Origin: an uncultured delta proteobacterium | GTDB lineage: Bacteria > Myxococcota_A > Polyangia > Polyangiales > B10-G4 | Assembly: GCA_963727445.1 (NCBI GenBank) | Contig: CAVSGI010000016.1 | Span: forward strand, 1 to 64,000 | Length of the DNA: 64,000 nt | Reading direction: 5' to 3' | Shown here: piece by piece, positions 44,313 through 53,152 of the stretch | Layout: every line of letters starts with the position of its first letter | Numbering within the stretch: the stretch's first letter is position 1 | Translations under genes and position numbers: made by a program | The notes under the pieces: generated by a model | Database searches by the model: none | What the model was told of the DNA's origin: nothing | What the model saw: the letters and a program-made list of their open reading frames with translations, nothing else

Positions 44313-46235
44313 ATGAGCGCGCGAGCCCGGTGGGTCCTTCCTTCGTTTCTCCTCGGAATCTTCGCGATTCTGGCCGCTTTTGGCTGCAACGGACGCGGTC
44401 GCGACCGGCCCGATTCGGGGATCATGCCAGCGGACACGGGGCCGGTGCCCTCGGGTTGTACGGCCGGCGGGCCCACGACGGTGTGCTCCGGCAACATCGA
44501 GCTGACCTGTAATGTTGACGGAACCGTGGCGTCGATGCGGACGTGCCCCTCCGAAGGGCTGGTCTGCGCGCCGAGCCTGGGCTGCACCCTCTGCGTGCCT
44601 GGCCGGGGGGGCTGCGACGGGCAGACGACGCAGCTCTGTAACGCCGACGGGATGAGCTACACGCCCGGCGAGACCTGCGACACGTCGATGGGGCTGAGCT
44701 GCAATCCCAGCACTGGGACCTGCACCAGCCCGTGCGCGGACGCCGAGGCGTCGAACAGCTACATCGGCTGCGAGTACTGGCCGACGCCGGTGCTCAACTC
44801 GAGCGTGCCCACCGAGTTCGACTTCGCAGTGGTCGTGGCCAACCCGCAAGACATGCAGGCCGAGATCACCGTCACGAAGGGGGCCTCGACCGTCGCTTCG
44901 ACCACCGTCCCGCAAGGCGGAGTCGTGACCATCCCGCTGCCGTGGATCCCCGAGCTCAAGGGGACCAGCGGCTCCGAGGCGTCGGTCCTGAGCCGCAACG
45001 GCGCCTATCGCCTTCGCTCGAGCCTGCCGGTGACGGTCTACCAGTTCAACGCCCTCGACTACCGCATCGACATGGACTGCCCCAGCGGCGAGCCCAACCC
45101 GCTCCCCGACGGGCAGTGCTTCTCGTACACGAACGACGCGTCGCTGCTGCTGCCGACGCACGTGCTGACCGAGAACTACATGGTGCTGTCGCGGCCGACG
45201 ATGGTGAACCGGATCGACGCCGGGCCCCCGTTCGGTTCCAGCTGGCTGACGAGCCCGGGCTTCTTCTCGGTGATCGCGGTCGACGAGACGCCGACCACCG
45301 TCTCCATCGACTTCACGGCGCACGTGGAGGCCAGCGTGGACGGCTCCTCGGTCCGCGCCTTCGGCCCGGGGGACAACGGCATGTTCACGCTGAACCAGGG
45401 GGACGTGCTCCAGATCGTCACGACGCAGCCCAACACCTGCGCCACGCCCGGCACCAACGAGACCCTGAGCGACGGCACGCCGATCACCTACTGCCAGATG
45501 GGCAACGACTACGACCTGACGGGCACCATCGTGCGCGCTGGCGCCGGGCAGAAGGTCGCGGTCATCAGCGGTCACAACTGCGACTTCGTTCCCTACGACA
45601 AGTGGGCTTGCGATCACCTCGAAGAGGCGATCTTCCCGCTCGAGTCCTGGGGCACGGACTACATCGTGAGCGCGACCGAGCCGCTGCGCTCCGAGCCCAA
45701 CGTGATCCGCATCGTGTCGGGCCACGACGCCAACATGATCACCTTCGACCCGGCGGCGGTGCACACGCCGGTGACGCTGAACCGCGGCGAGATCCTCGAG
45801 TTCGAGACGAACCAGGACTTCCGCGTGAGCGGCAGCGATGCCCTCGCGGTGGTCCAGCACCTCGTGGGGCAGGACTACGCCGGCACGGGCACGAGCGGCG
45901 ACATGGGCAACGGCGACCCGGCCCTGTCCCTCGGCATCCCCACCGAGCAGTTCCGCACGAGCTACGACTTCCTCGCGCCGGACACCTACAACATCAGCTA
46001 CGTGAACGTGACCGCGCCGAGCGGCGAAGTGGTCAACCTCGACGGCTCGCCGGTCAGCGGCTTCCGCGACGTCGGCGGCACCGGCATGGCCACCGCCCGC
46101 GTCGAGATCTCTGGCGGCGCCCACCACATCGAGTCCGCGGCCCCCATCGGCATCGTGGTCTACGGCTTCGGGTCGTACACGAGCTACATGTACCCGGGCG
46201 GTTTGGACTTCGAGGCGATCAACATTCCGTTCTGA
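44313..46235 (+). CDS. IgGFc-binding-protein N-terminal domain lipoprotein
   Basis: Lipobox LAAFGC, Cys-rich N-terminal region, SYIGCEYW, YQFN, SYTNDASLLLP, CDHLEE, GDPA...P.EQFR..Y.F and SYMYPGG. Confidence 0.85.
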   Translation: MSARARWVLPSFLLGIFAILAAFGCNGRGRDRPDSGIMPADTGPVPSGCTAGGPTTVCSGNIELTCNVDGTVASMRTCPSEGLVCAPSLGCTLCVPGRGGCDGQTTQLCNADGMSYTPGETCDTSMGLSCNPSTGTCTSPCADAEASNSYIGCEYWPTPVLNSSVPTEFDFAVVVANPQDMQAEITVTKGASTVASTTVPQGGVVTIPLPWIPELKGTSGSEASVLSRNGAYRLRSSLPVTVYQFNALDYRIDMDCPSGEPNPLPDGQCFSYTNDASLLLPTHVLTENYMVLSRPTMVNRIDAGPPFGSSWLTSPGFFSVIAVDETPTTVSIDFTAHVEASVDGSSVRAFGPGDNGMFTLNQGDVLQIVTTQPNTCATPGTNETLSDGTPITYCQMGNDYDLTGTIVRAGAGQKVAVISGHNCDFVPYDKWACDHLEEAIFPLESWGTDYIVSATEPLRSEPNVIRIVSGHDANMITFDPAAVHTPVTLNRGEILEFETNQDFRVSGSDALAVVQHLVGQDYAGTGTSGDMGNGDPALSLGIPTEQFRTSYDFLAPDTYNISYVNVTAPSGEVVNLDGSPVSGFRDVGGTGMATARVEISGGAHHIESAAPIGIVVYGFGSYTSYMYPGGLDFEAINIPF

Positions 46236-46237
46236 GT

Positions 46238-46640
46238 TTGGTTCTGGTGAGGGGCTTTCGCCCCTCCACGCTCCCCCGGGGACTGCGTCCCCGCGTCCGA
46301 CAGACAGATGCGTCAGAAGCGGGGCGGCGCTACCGCCGCCCCGGATAGAGACGCTCGCGCTGTCGGACTCCCCTGCACGGCGCCTGCGGCGCCGGGTCGC
46401 GGCCGAGGGCCGCTCCGGGATGACGGGGGCGCATCGAGAGGGGCAGATGGGGTTGGTTCTGGTGAGGGGCTTTCGCCCCTCCACGCTCCCCCGGGGACTG
46501 CGTCCCCGCGTCCGACAGACAGATGCGTCAGAAGCGGGGCGGCGCTACCGCCGCCCCGGATAGAGACGCTCGCGCTGTCGGACTCCCCTGCACGGCGCCT
46601 GCGGCGCCGGGTCGCGGCCGAGGGCCGCTTCGGGATGACG
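46238..46640. repeat. Direct tandem duplication of a 188-bp multi-hairpin element
   Basis: 46238-46425 and 46453-46640 are identical except for one C/T (46415 vs 46630), with a 27-bp spacer. Each copy holds five short inverted repeats. It lies between convergent genes. Confidence 0.95.
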
Positions 46641-46654
46641 CGCCCACGCGCCGA

Positions 46655-47434
46655 CTAGCCGCCGATGCCGACGACCTTGGCGCAAACGACCGTGATGTTG
46701 TCCGGGCCGCCGTTCTGGTTGGCCTTGTCGATCAGGGCGCTGCAGGCCTTCTTGAGGTCGGTCTGGTGCTGGATCGTCAGGTCCTGGATCTCGTCGTCGG
46801 TGACGGGGCCGCAGAGGCCGTCGCTGCACAGGACGTAGAGGTCGCCGGGCTTGGGCGAGTCGAGGAGGGTGTCGACCTTGACGCTCTCCTTCATGCCGAG
46901 CGCACGAACGATGACGTTCTTGTGGGGGAAGTTCTTGATCTCCTCCTCCGTCAACTTCTTCATCTTGATGTAGTCGTTGAGGAGGGAGTGGTCTTCGGTG
47001 AGCTGCTCCATCGCGCCGTCGCGGACGCGGTAGACGCGCGAGTCACCGACGTGGGCGATGAGCACGCCGTCGTCGACGACGAGGATCGACACGAGGGTGG
47101 TGCCCATGCCGCGCAGCTTCGGGTCCCGCTGGGCGCTCTCGAAGATCCGCAGGTTCGCGAGCTTCACGCTCGTGATGAGGCGGTTCTCTTCGTAGCCCCG
47201 GGCCTTGTCCATCTTGTAGGGCCAGGTCGCCTCGGGATCCGCGCTCGTCGCGTGGAAGAACTCCTTGAGCGTCTCGATGGCCATCTTGGACGCGACCTCG
47301 CCCGAGGCGTGCCCGCCCATGCCATCGGCGACCACGTAGAGGTGGTCCTCGTCGATGCAGGCGAAGCTGTCCTCGTTGTGAGTTCGCTTCATGCCGACGT
47401 TGGTCTCGCCAGCGACGATCACACGAGCGGCCAA
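46655..47434 (-). CDS. PP2C-family Ser/Thr protein phosphatase (Stp1/Pph1-like)
   Basis: GMKRTHNED, VADGMGGHASGEVAS, MGTT, HVGDSR, LTEDHS, LCSDGL and GGPDNIT. Confidence 0.95.
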   Translation of the reverse strand: MAARVIVAGETNVGMKRTHNEDSFACIDEDHLYVVADGMGGHASGEVASKMAIETLKEFFHATSADPEATWPYKMDKARGYEENRLITSVKLANLRIFESAQRDPKLRGMGTTLVSILVVDDGVLIAHVGDSRVYRVRDGAMEQLTEDHSLLNDYIKMKKLTEEEIKNFPHKNVIVRALGMKESVKVDTLLDSPKPGDLYVLCSDGLCGPVTDDEIQDLTIQHQTDLKKACSALIDKANQNGGPDNITVVCAKVVGIGG

Positions 47435-47582
47435 GAGTGGGTCTCCTCCGTGCTCATGGACAGTCAGCTTGATACCCGGTCATGGGCGCGAAAGTCAACA
47501 TCGACGACGTTCGGCTGGCCCGAAATTGGGGCGCTTTTCGAGGCGGTTGCGGGCGGCGGGGGGACGGTGTATCGCCGACAGC

Positions 47583-48386
47583 GTGCACGACGACGCGGCC
47601 CGAGAGGAGCTGGCCCGGATCACCGCCATGGCCCGGGAGCTGATCGAGTGGGACCAGGGGCTGGGCGGGCGTGGCCTTCCGGAGCCCGAGCCCCTGGCGG
47701 AAGAGGCGCTCTTTTCGCCTTCCCCCACCGCCGAGCCGCCCGTCTCCGAGGCCCCTGGCGACGACGACGACGGCACCCCGAGTGCCACGACGCCCATCAC
47801 CATCCCCCAGAGTGGAGACGCCTCCGAGCGTCTTCGCGTCCTCGCCGAGCAAGCCGCGAGCTGCACGCGCTGCCGCCTCCACAAGGGGCGCACCAAGAGC
47901 GTCTTCGCGCGCGGCAACCCCGCCGCCGAGATCGCGTTCGTCGGCGAAGGGCCCGGCTACCACGAGGACCAACAAGGCGCGCCCTTCGTCGGACAGGCGG
48001 GGCAGCTCCTCGACAAGATGGTCGGGGCCATGGGCTACGCGCGCGACGAGGTCTACATCTGCAACGTCGTGAAGTGTCGCCCGCCCGAAAACCGCACACC
48101 GACGCCCGACGAGGCCGGCGCGTGCAAGCCCTTCCTCACCGCGCAGCTCGACGTCGTGAAGCCGAAGGTCATCGTCGCCCTCGGCCGCTGCGCGGCGGAG
48201 CACCTCGGCTGTCTCGAGGCCGGTGCCCGCGGTTGGCGGGGACGCTGGTCGGAATACGAGGGCATCGCCGTGATGCCGACCTACCACCCGGCCTTCCTGC
48301 TCCGCACCCCGAAGATGAAGCGGCCGGTGTGGGAGGACCTGCAGAAGGTGATGGCCCGCCTGGGCAAGGCCGCCCCGCAGAAATGA
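47583..48386 (+). CDS. Uracil-DNA glycosylase, family 4 ([4Fe-4S]) with N-terminal extension
   Basis: CTRCRL, VGEGPG..ED..G.PFVG.AG.LL, NVVKCRPPENR and TYHPAFLLR. Start chosen at GTG 47583 (uncertain). Confidence 0.92.
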   Translation: MHDDAAREELARITAMARELIEWDQGLGGRGLPEPEPLAEEALFSPSPTAEPPVSEAPGDDDDGTPSATTPITIPQSGDASERLRVLAEQAASCTRCRLHKGRTKSVFARGNPAAEIAFVGEGPGYHEDQQGAPFVGQAGQLLDKMVGAMGYARDEVYICNVVKCRPPENRTPTPDEAGACKPFLTAQLDVVKPKVIVALGRCAAEHLGCLEAGARGWRGRWSEYEGIAVMPTYHPAFLLRTPKMKRPVWEDLQKVMARLGKAAPQK

Positions 48387-50050
48387 CCGCCGTCGCCCCG
48401 AAGAAGGACCCGCTCGACGACGATTTCGAGGATCTCCTCGACGAGCTGCCGCCGATGGAAGGCTCGCTCGACGAGGAAGAGGTGCTCGGCACGGGCGAGG
48501 ACTTCGAACCGAAGCTCTCGACCCTCGGCGCCGGCGAAGATGTGGGCCTCGACGACGACGTCGCGGGGATGGACTTCGACCCGGTGCAACTCCTCGACCT
48601 CGGCGAGGAGAGCGAGACCTGGACCGAGGACAACGAAGCCGCCGGCGACGTCATCGGCACCGACGGGCTCGACTCCACCGGCCGCGAAGAGGAGTACGGC
48701 TGGACCGAGGGCACGGAGGCGAGCCCCCTCGAGGACTGGGCCGACGACCTCGACCTCGGTCAGAACGAGAAGGTGCTCGGAGAGGACACCGGCGAGGAAG
48801 GCGTCGAGGACGAGGTCTCGCTCGGCGGCGGGGCGGGTGACGACGACGTGGGCCTCGCGCCGCTCGAGGACTTCGGTGACGACGAAGGGATGGAGACGCT
48901 CTCCGAGGACATCGACCTGGCGGGCGACGCCTTGATCGATGGGGACGAGCTCTCCTACGAAGAGGAAGCGCGACTCTCGGGGACCATCGTCCCGCCTGCT
49001 TTCGATTGCGGAAGGCTCGAGGTGACTCACCTCGGCCCGCGCGACGGGATGATCTACGACCTGTCGCCGGTGGCCAGCGGCTTCCTCGCGGTGGGCGAGG
49101 ACCTCTTCCGCATCGCTGGGGACCAGGTGGAAGCCCACGCCGGACCGCGCGCGGGCCTCGAGGAGATGCGGCCCACCTCCATCGCGCCCGGAGACGACGA
49201 GGGACGCCGCATCGCCATCGGCACCCGTCTGAGCGGCGTGCTCGTCTCCGAAGACGGCGGACAGACCTTCGAAGCGCGAAACGGTTGGCGCGGCGAGCGG
49301 GAAGAAGCCGGGGCCTCCGTCAGCGCGAGCGATGGGTTCTTCGTCGCGACCGAGCGCCACGAGGGCGGCCATCGGCTTTGGGGACGGACCCGCGGCGGCG
49401 CGCTCTTTCGGAGCGAAGACTTCGGCAAGACCTGGTCCCGTCCGCTGCTCCTCGCGCCGGTGTTGGCCCTGGCCGACGATCCCGAGGGCGGGTTCCTCGC
49501 GCTGTCGGTGCCGGCGAGCGGCCCCGCGCAGATGGCGCGCTCCGAGGACGGCGGCCACGGCTGGACGATGCGCACGGTGACCGACCTGACGCGCGCCTCG
49601 GACAGCGAGGCCGAATATCACATCGCCGCGCGCGGCCCACGCATCGTGGTGGCGAGCGACGGAGAGGCGCGGGGACCGCGCATCTCGGAAGACGACGGCC
49701 AGAGCTGGGAGGAGATTGATGCGCTCCCGGCGCCAGGCGTGGCGGCGCTCGTGGAGGAGGGCGACTGCGTCTGTCTCTATGCGGCGCTCTTCTTCGCCGG
49801 CGCCGACCGTGGGGTGCTCGTGCGCCACACGCTGCGCGGACCGGGCGAAGGGGATCGGCTCGTCCTCGACGTGCGCCGTGAGCGCGAGGGCCGCGGGATG
49901 GAGAGCGCGGGGGATCCCGAGGGTGACAATCGCATCTTCGCGCTCCACGCGACGACCGAGCCGGGACACACGGTGTTGATGGTCGCGACGGGCGCGGGGC
50001 TCTTCCGGGTGCGCGTCCGCCACCCATCGGGCGGATTGACCGGCGTGTGA
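48383..50050 (+). CDS. Protein with ~200-aa highly acidic N-terminus and Asp-box (BNR) beta-propeller-like C-terminus
   Basis: ATG overlaps the UDG stop (ATGA). Asp-boxes are SEDGGQTF, SEDFGKTW, SEDGGHGW and SEDDGQSW. No signal peptide. Confidence 0.75.
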   Translation: MTAVAPKKDPLDDDFEDLLDELPPMEGSLDEEEVLGTGEDFEPKLSTLGAGEDVGLDDDVAGMDFDPVQLLDLGEESETWTEDNEAAGDVIGTDGLDSTGREEEYGWTEGTEASPLEDWADDLDLGQNEKVLGEDTGEEGVEDEVSLGGGAGDDDVGLAPLEDFGDDEGMETLSEDIDLAGDALIDGDELSYEEEARLSGTIVPPAFDCGRLEVTHLGPRDGMIYDLSPVASGFLAVGEDLFRIAGDQVEAHAGPRAGLEEMRPTSIAPGDDEGRRIAIGTRLSGVLVSEDGGQTFEARNGWRGEREEAGASVSASDGFFVATERHEGGHRLWGRTRGGALFRSEDFGKTWSRPLLLAPVLALADDPEGGFLALSVPASGPAQMARSEDGGHGWTMRTVTDLTRASDSEAEYHIAARGPRIVVASDGEARGPRISEDDGQSWEEIDALPAPGVAALVEEGDCVCLYAALFFAGADRGVLVRHTLRGPGEGDRLVLDVRREREGRGMESAGDPEGDNRIFALHATTEPGHTVLMVATGAGLFRVRVRHPSGGLTGV

Positions 50051-50096
50051 ATGTCTTCGGGCGGGGTCGCATATCCAGGTTAGGATGAACGGGTAG

Positions 50097-51854
50097 ATGG
50101 CGTCCGAGGTCGACGAGCTCAGGGCTCTCTTGCGCGAGGGGACGAGTGCCGGGGAAGCGGCTCAGAATCGACGTCGCCTGGGCCTCGAGGAGGACGCCGA
50201 CGACCACGCCGTCGGGCGGCGTCTCGTCCATCGCCTGAGCGGTTCGGTGATGGGCGACAAGCCCAAGAAGCTGCAGGAGGACCCGCGGCCCATCGTCGCG
50301 CCGCGGCCGGTGGCCGGAGCCGACACCTCCTTCCTCGGCCGTCTCAAGAGCGAGGGCAAGAGCGGGGGCCTGGCGGTCGAAGAGCTGGATGACGCCCGCA
50401 CCATCCTCGCGGTGCTGCGGGCAGGGTCGCTGAGGCAGCGCCGCGCCGCGGCCAAACGCATCACGCAGCTGCTCACCGGCGGCAAGAAGGTGCTCCCCTC
50501 CGATCAGCTCAAGCGCATCGCCGACGTCCTTCCGCGCATTCGCGACGTGGAGATCGAGTACGAGCTCTCGGAGGCGCGCGCCCACCTTCCGGGCTCGACC
50601 GGCCGCGATTTCCAGCTCGAGCGCGAGCAGTTCGAACGCGCCGTGGCCGAGATCGAGCGCAAGGTGAGCCGCTACTGGGACGACGAGATCAGCGACGAGC
50701 CTTTCGTTCGCCTCGCCAGCGACCAGCGGGCGCTCTTGACCATGCGCGTGCGCGACCTCCCCGACCCGGTGGTGGACCACCTGGGCTCCATCCTCGAGGG
50801 CGGCGAGCGCTTGCTCAACCCGGAGGATTGCGGCGACATCCTGAGCTCCCTTCGCTTCTGCGGCGACCCACGCCTGGTCCCGTCGCTCATCGCCGTGCTC
50901 GACGACAAGGACGCCGAAAACGCGGTCGACGCAGCGCGCGCCCTCGGCCGCATCGATGACCCGCGGGTCCACCCGGCGCTGGTCTCGGCGTTTCAGCGCA
51001 GCGTCGTCGACCGTAACAAGGTGGTCCTCGCGGCCTCCCTCGGCCGCATCGGCGACGCGCGCGGTCGCGACTACGTGCGCGGGCTGCTCTCCTCGTCGGA
51101 CGACCCGGACGTGATCCGGCGCGCCATCGGTGCGCTCGAGGTGCTGGGCACCCCCGAGGACGCCGACGCGGTGGCCGCCGTGCTGGCCGAGGCCGACGGG
51201 CGCACGCGCGTACGCGCCATCCGCACCGTGGGCGCCATCGGCGACGGCCGGGCATTGCACTACCTCAAGGAGCTGCGGGAGATGACGAGCGTCTCCGCCA
51301 TCTGGGCCGAGGTGGAGGACGCCGAGGCTGCCATCCGAGCACGCCTCGAGCTCCGCGGCGAATCCGAAGGTGCCGGCGCGTCGATCTCCGTCACCGAGAA
51401 GGAGAAGCTCACACGCAAGGTCAGCGACCCGATCTTCGTGCGCTTCTGGAGCTACAAGGACTACTTCCTGGGCGTGATGTGGCTCTTCCTCGGCGGCATC
51501 GACCGCGCCGTCGCGCGCTTCGAGCGGGCCGCCACGCGGCGCAGCGACTGGGCCCAGCCGCTGCTCCGTATCGCGCTGGCCCACGCCCGCAAAGACCACC
51601 ATGCCCTCGCGCTGGCGGCCTTCCGCCGCGCCATCGAGATCGATCGGGAGTCGGTCGAGCACAACCCGACCGCCATGCGCGCCCTGGCCACCGTCTTCCT
51701 CCGGCGCGCCGACGAGGTCGAGGACGAAGGCCGCTACGACATCGCCCGCGGCCTCATCGAAGAGGTCACCGGCCTCGACCTCCGGCGCGCGCCGAGCGCC
51801 CTGCGATTCGAGGTCACCCGCCGCTACGAGGCGGTTCGACGAGGGGTGGGGTGA
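50097..51854 (+). CDS. HEAT (PBS-lyase-like) repeat protein with C-terminal TPR-like region
   Basis: Repeats AARALGRIDDPR, LAASLGRIGDAR, AIGALEVLG and AIRTVGAIGDGRA. TPR-like ALAAFRRAIEID. Confidence 0.8.
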   Translation: MASEVDELRALLREGTSAGEAAQNRRRLGLEEDADDHAVGRRLVHRLSGSVMGDKPKKLQEDPRPIVAPRPVAGADTSFLGRLKSEGKSGGLAVEELDDARTILAVLRAGSLRQRRAAAKRITQLLTGGKKVLPSDQLKRIADVLPRIRDVEIEYELSEARAHLPGSTGRDFQLEREQFERAVAEIERKVSRYWDDEISDEPFVRLASDQRALLTMRVRDLPDPVVDHLGSILEGGERLLNPEDCGDILSSLRFCGDPRLVPSLIAVLDDKDAENAVDAARALGRIDDPRVHPALVSAFQRSVVDRNKVVLAASLGRIGDARGRDYVRGLLSSSDDPDVIRRAIGALEVLGTPEDADAVAAVLAEADGRTRVRAIRTVGAIGDGRALHYLKELREMTSVSAIWAEVEDAEAAIRARLELRGESEGAGASISVTEKEKLTRKVSDPIFVRFWSYKDYFLGVMWLFLGGIDRAVARFERAATRRSDWAQPLLRIALAHARKDHHALALAAFRRAIEIDRESVEHNPTAMRALATVFLRRADEVEDEGRYDIARGLIEEVTGLDLRRAPSALRFEVTRRYEAVRRGVG

Positions 51855-51861
51855 GGCGCTG

Positions 51862-53145
51862 ATGGACCGCATCGACGATCTGCGCGGCGCGGCCCGCCGT
51901 GCGCTCGAGCAGATGACGGACGCGCCCGAGCAACCCGCCGCGACCGTTCAGCGCGTCGTGATCGACGTGACCATCGGCGGGCGGACCGAGATGGTCACGA
52001 TGAGCCTGCGGGACGGCGAGCTCAGCTGGAGCTCGAGCGACGGGCAGCGCCGCGGGCCGCACGTGGTGGAGGCGCTGCGCCTGCTCGCGGCGGGGGCCGC
52101 GCCCCTGCCCAAGGGCGTGCGGACCTCGCCCGGCGAGATCGCGGCGACCGAGACCGAGCCTCCGCCTCCGGCCGCGCGCGTCACCTCCGAGCAGCAGCGC
52201 CCGATGAAGCACGTCCTCGCCGACAACCTGGACGACCTGGTCACCGCCATCACCCGGGTCGGCGTCCGGGAGGCCCGGGAGTCGGCGACGGTGAAGGAGG
52301 CCATCGAGCGCCTGGCCCAGACCGTGGGTCAGCCGATGCCCCTCGGGGTCGCGCGCAGCCTCGGTCGGCTCCGCAGCGCCATGAGCCGCATGAACGTCGA
52401 CCGGGTGGCCCGGAGCCTCGAGGAGGCCTGCCGTCTCGCCGACGACCTGCGCTCGACCGATCCGTCGGAGCGTTCGCGCCGTCGCGTCGTGTCCTTCCTC
52501 GGACCGGACGCGGCCCACCCACAAGACATCTCGCGGATCTCGCATCGCACCCTGGTCGAGGTGGGCCGCGAGTATCTCGCCGGGCTCGAGCGCGCCTACG
52601 TCGACCGCCGCTACCTCCTCTGCGCCGACTCGGGCGAGGTCTTCCGCGAGGAGCGGGGGCGCGGGGCACCGGCGGGCTCCGTCGGACCGTCGCCGCGGGT
52701 GCTCACGGTGGGGCTGGGAGAGGTCGCCGAATGCGCCGCGCCCCGCACCATCCGGCTCCTCCAGTACGCCGTCAGCAATCAGGTCACCCGCGACGTCTCC
52801 ATCCGCATCGACGAGGCGGCGAAGACGAACTTCAGCGACATCATCGATAGTTACCGGGAGAGTCTCGATCTGTTCCCAGCGCTGTCGGAGCCCTTCGTGG
52901 TCCTGGCTCCGCAGCGCATCGAGAGCGAGCCCGGCACCCACCTCCTGGATCGCGACGGCACCGCCATCCCGCTCTCCCGCGCCGACGGCCTGGGGCGCAC
53001 CCAGGCGCTCCTCGAGATCCTGAACAGCCACCGGCTCGATTGGATCAGCGGTCGGCTCGTCGACGCCGAGGGCTCGCCCATCCTGATCCCGTGCAGCATC
53101 GGCTACCGCGACGACGGCGCGCGGCGCATCCGACGTCTGTCGTAG
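51862..53145 (+). CDS. Hypothetical protein with a degenerate SWIM-like N-terminal segment
   Basis: 427-aa ORF with GC-rich codon usage and GAGG RBS. VTMSLRDGELSWSSSDG...GPHVVEALRLL resembles SWIM context without the Cys ligands. Confidence 0.6.
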   Translation: MDRIDDLRGAARRALEQMTDAPEQPAATVQRVVIDVTIGGRTEMVTMSLRDGELSWSSSDGQRRGPHVVEALRLLAAGAAPLPKGVRTSPGEIAATETEPPPPAARVTSEQQRPMKHVLADNLDDLVTAITRVGVREARESATVKEAIERLAQTVGQPMPLGVARSLGRLRSAMSRMNVDRVARSLEEACRLADDLRSTDPSERSRRRVVSFLGPDAAHPQDISRISHRTLVEVGREYLAGLERAYVDRRYLLCADSGEVFREERGRGAPAGSVGPSPRVLTVGLGEVAECAAPRTIRLLQYAVSNQVTRDVSIRIDEAAKTNFSDIIDSYRESLDLFPALSEPFVVLAPQRIESEPGTHLLDRDGTAIPLSRADGLGRTQALLEILNSHRLDWISGRLVDAEGSPILIPCSIGYRDDGARRIRRLS

Positions 53146-53152
53146 AGACGGT

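Noticed and set aside
46238..46640. CRISPR array
   Set aside because: Only two units of 188 bp, far longer than CRISPR repeats, and no cas genes in the window.
46523..48382. N-terminal half of the 1175-aa ORF, and other long antisense ORFs (44280..46484, 49320..51872, 41686..43320)
   Set aside because: These are shadow frames of real genes, caused by stop-codon scarcity in high-GC DNA, and carry no recognisable motifs.
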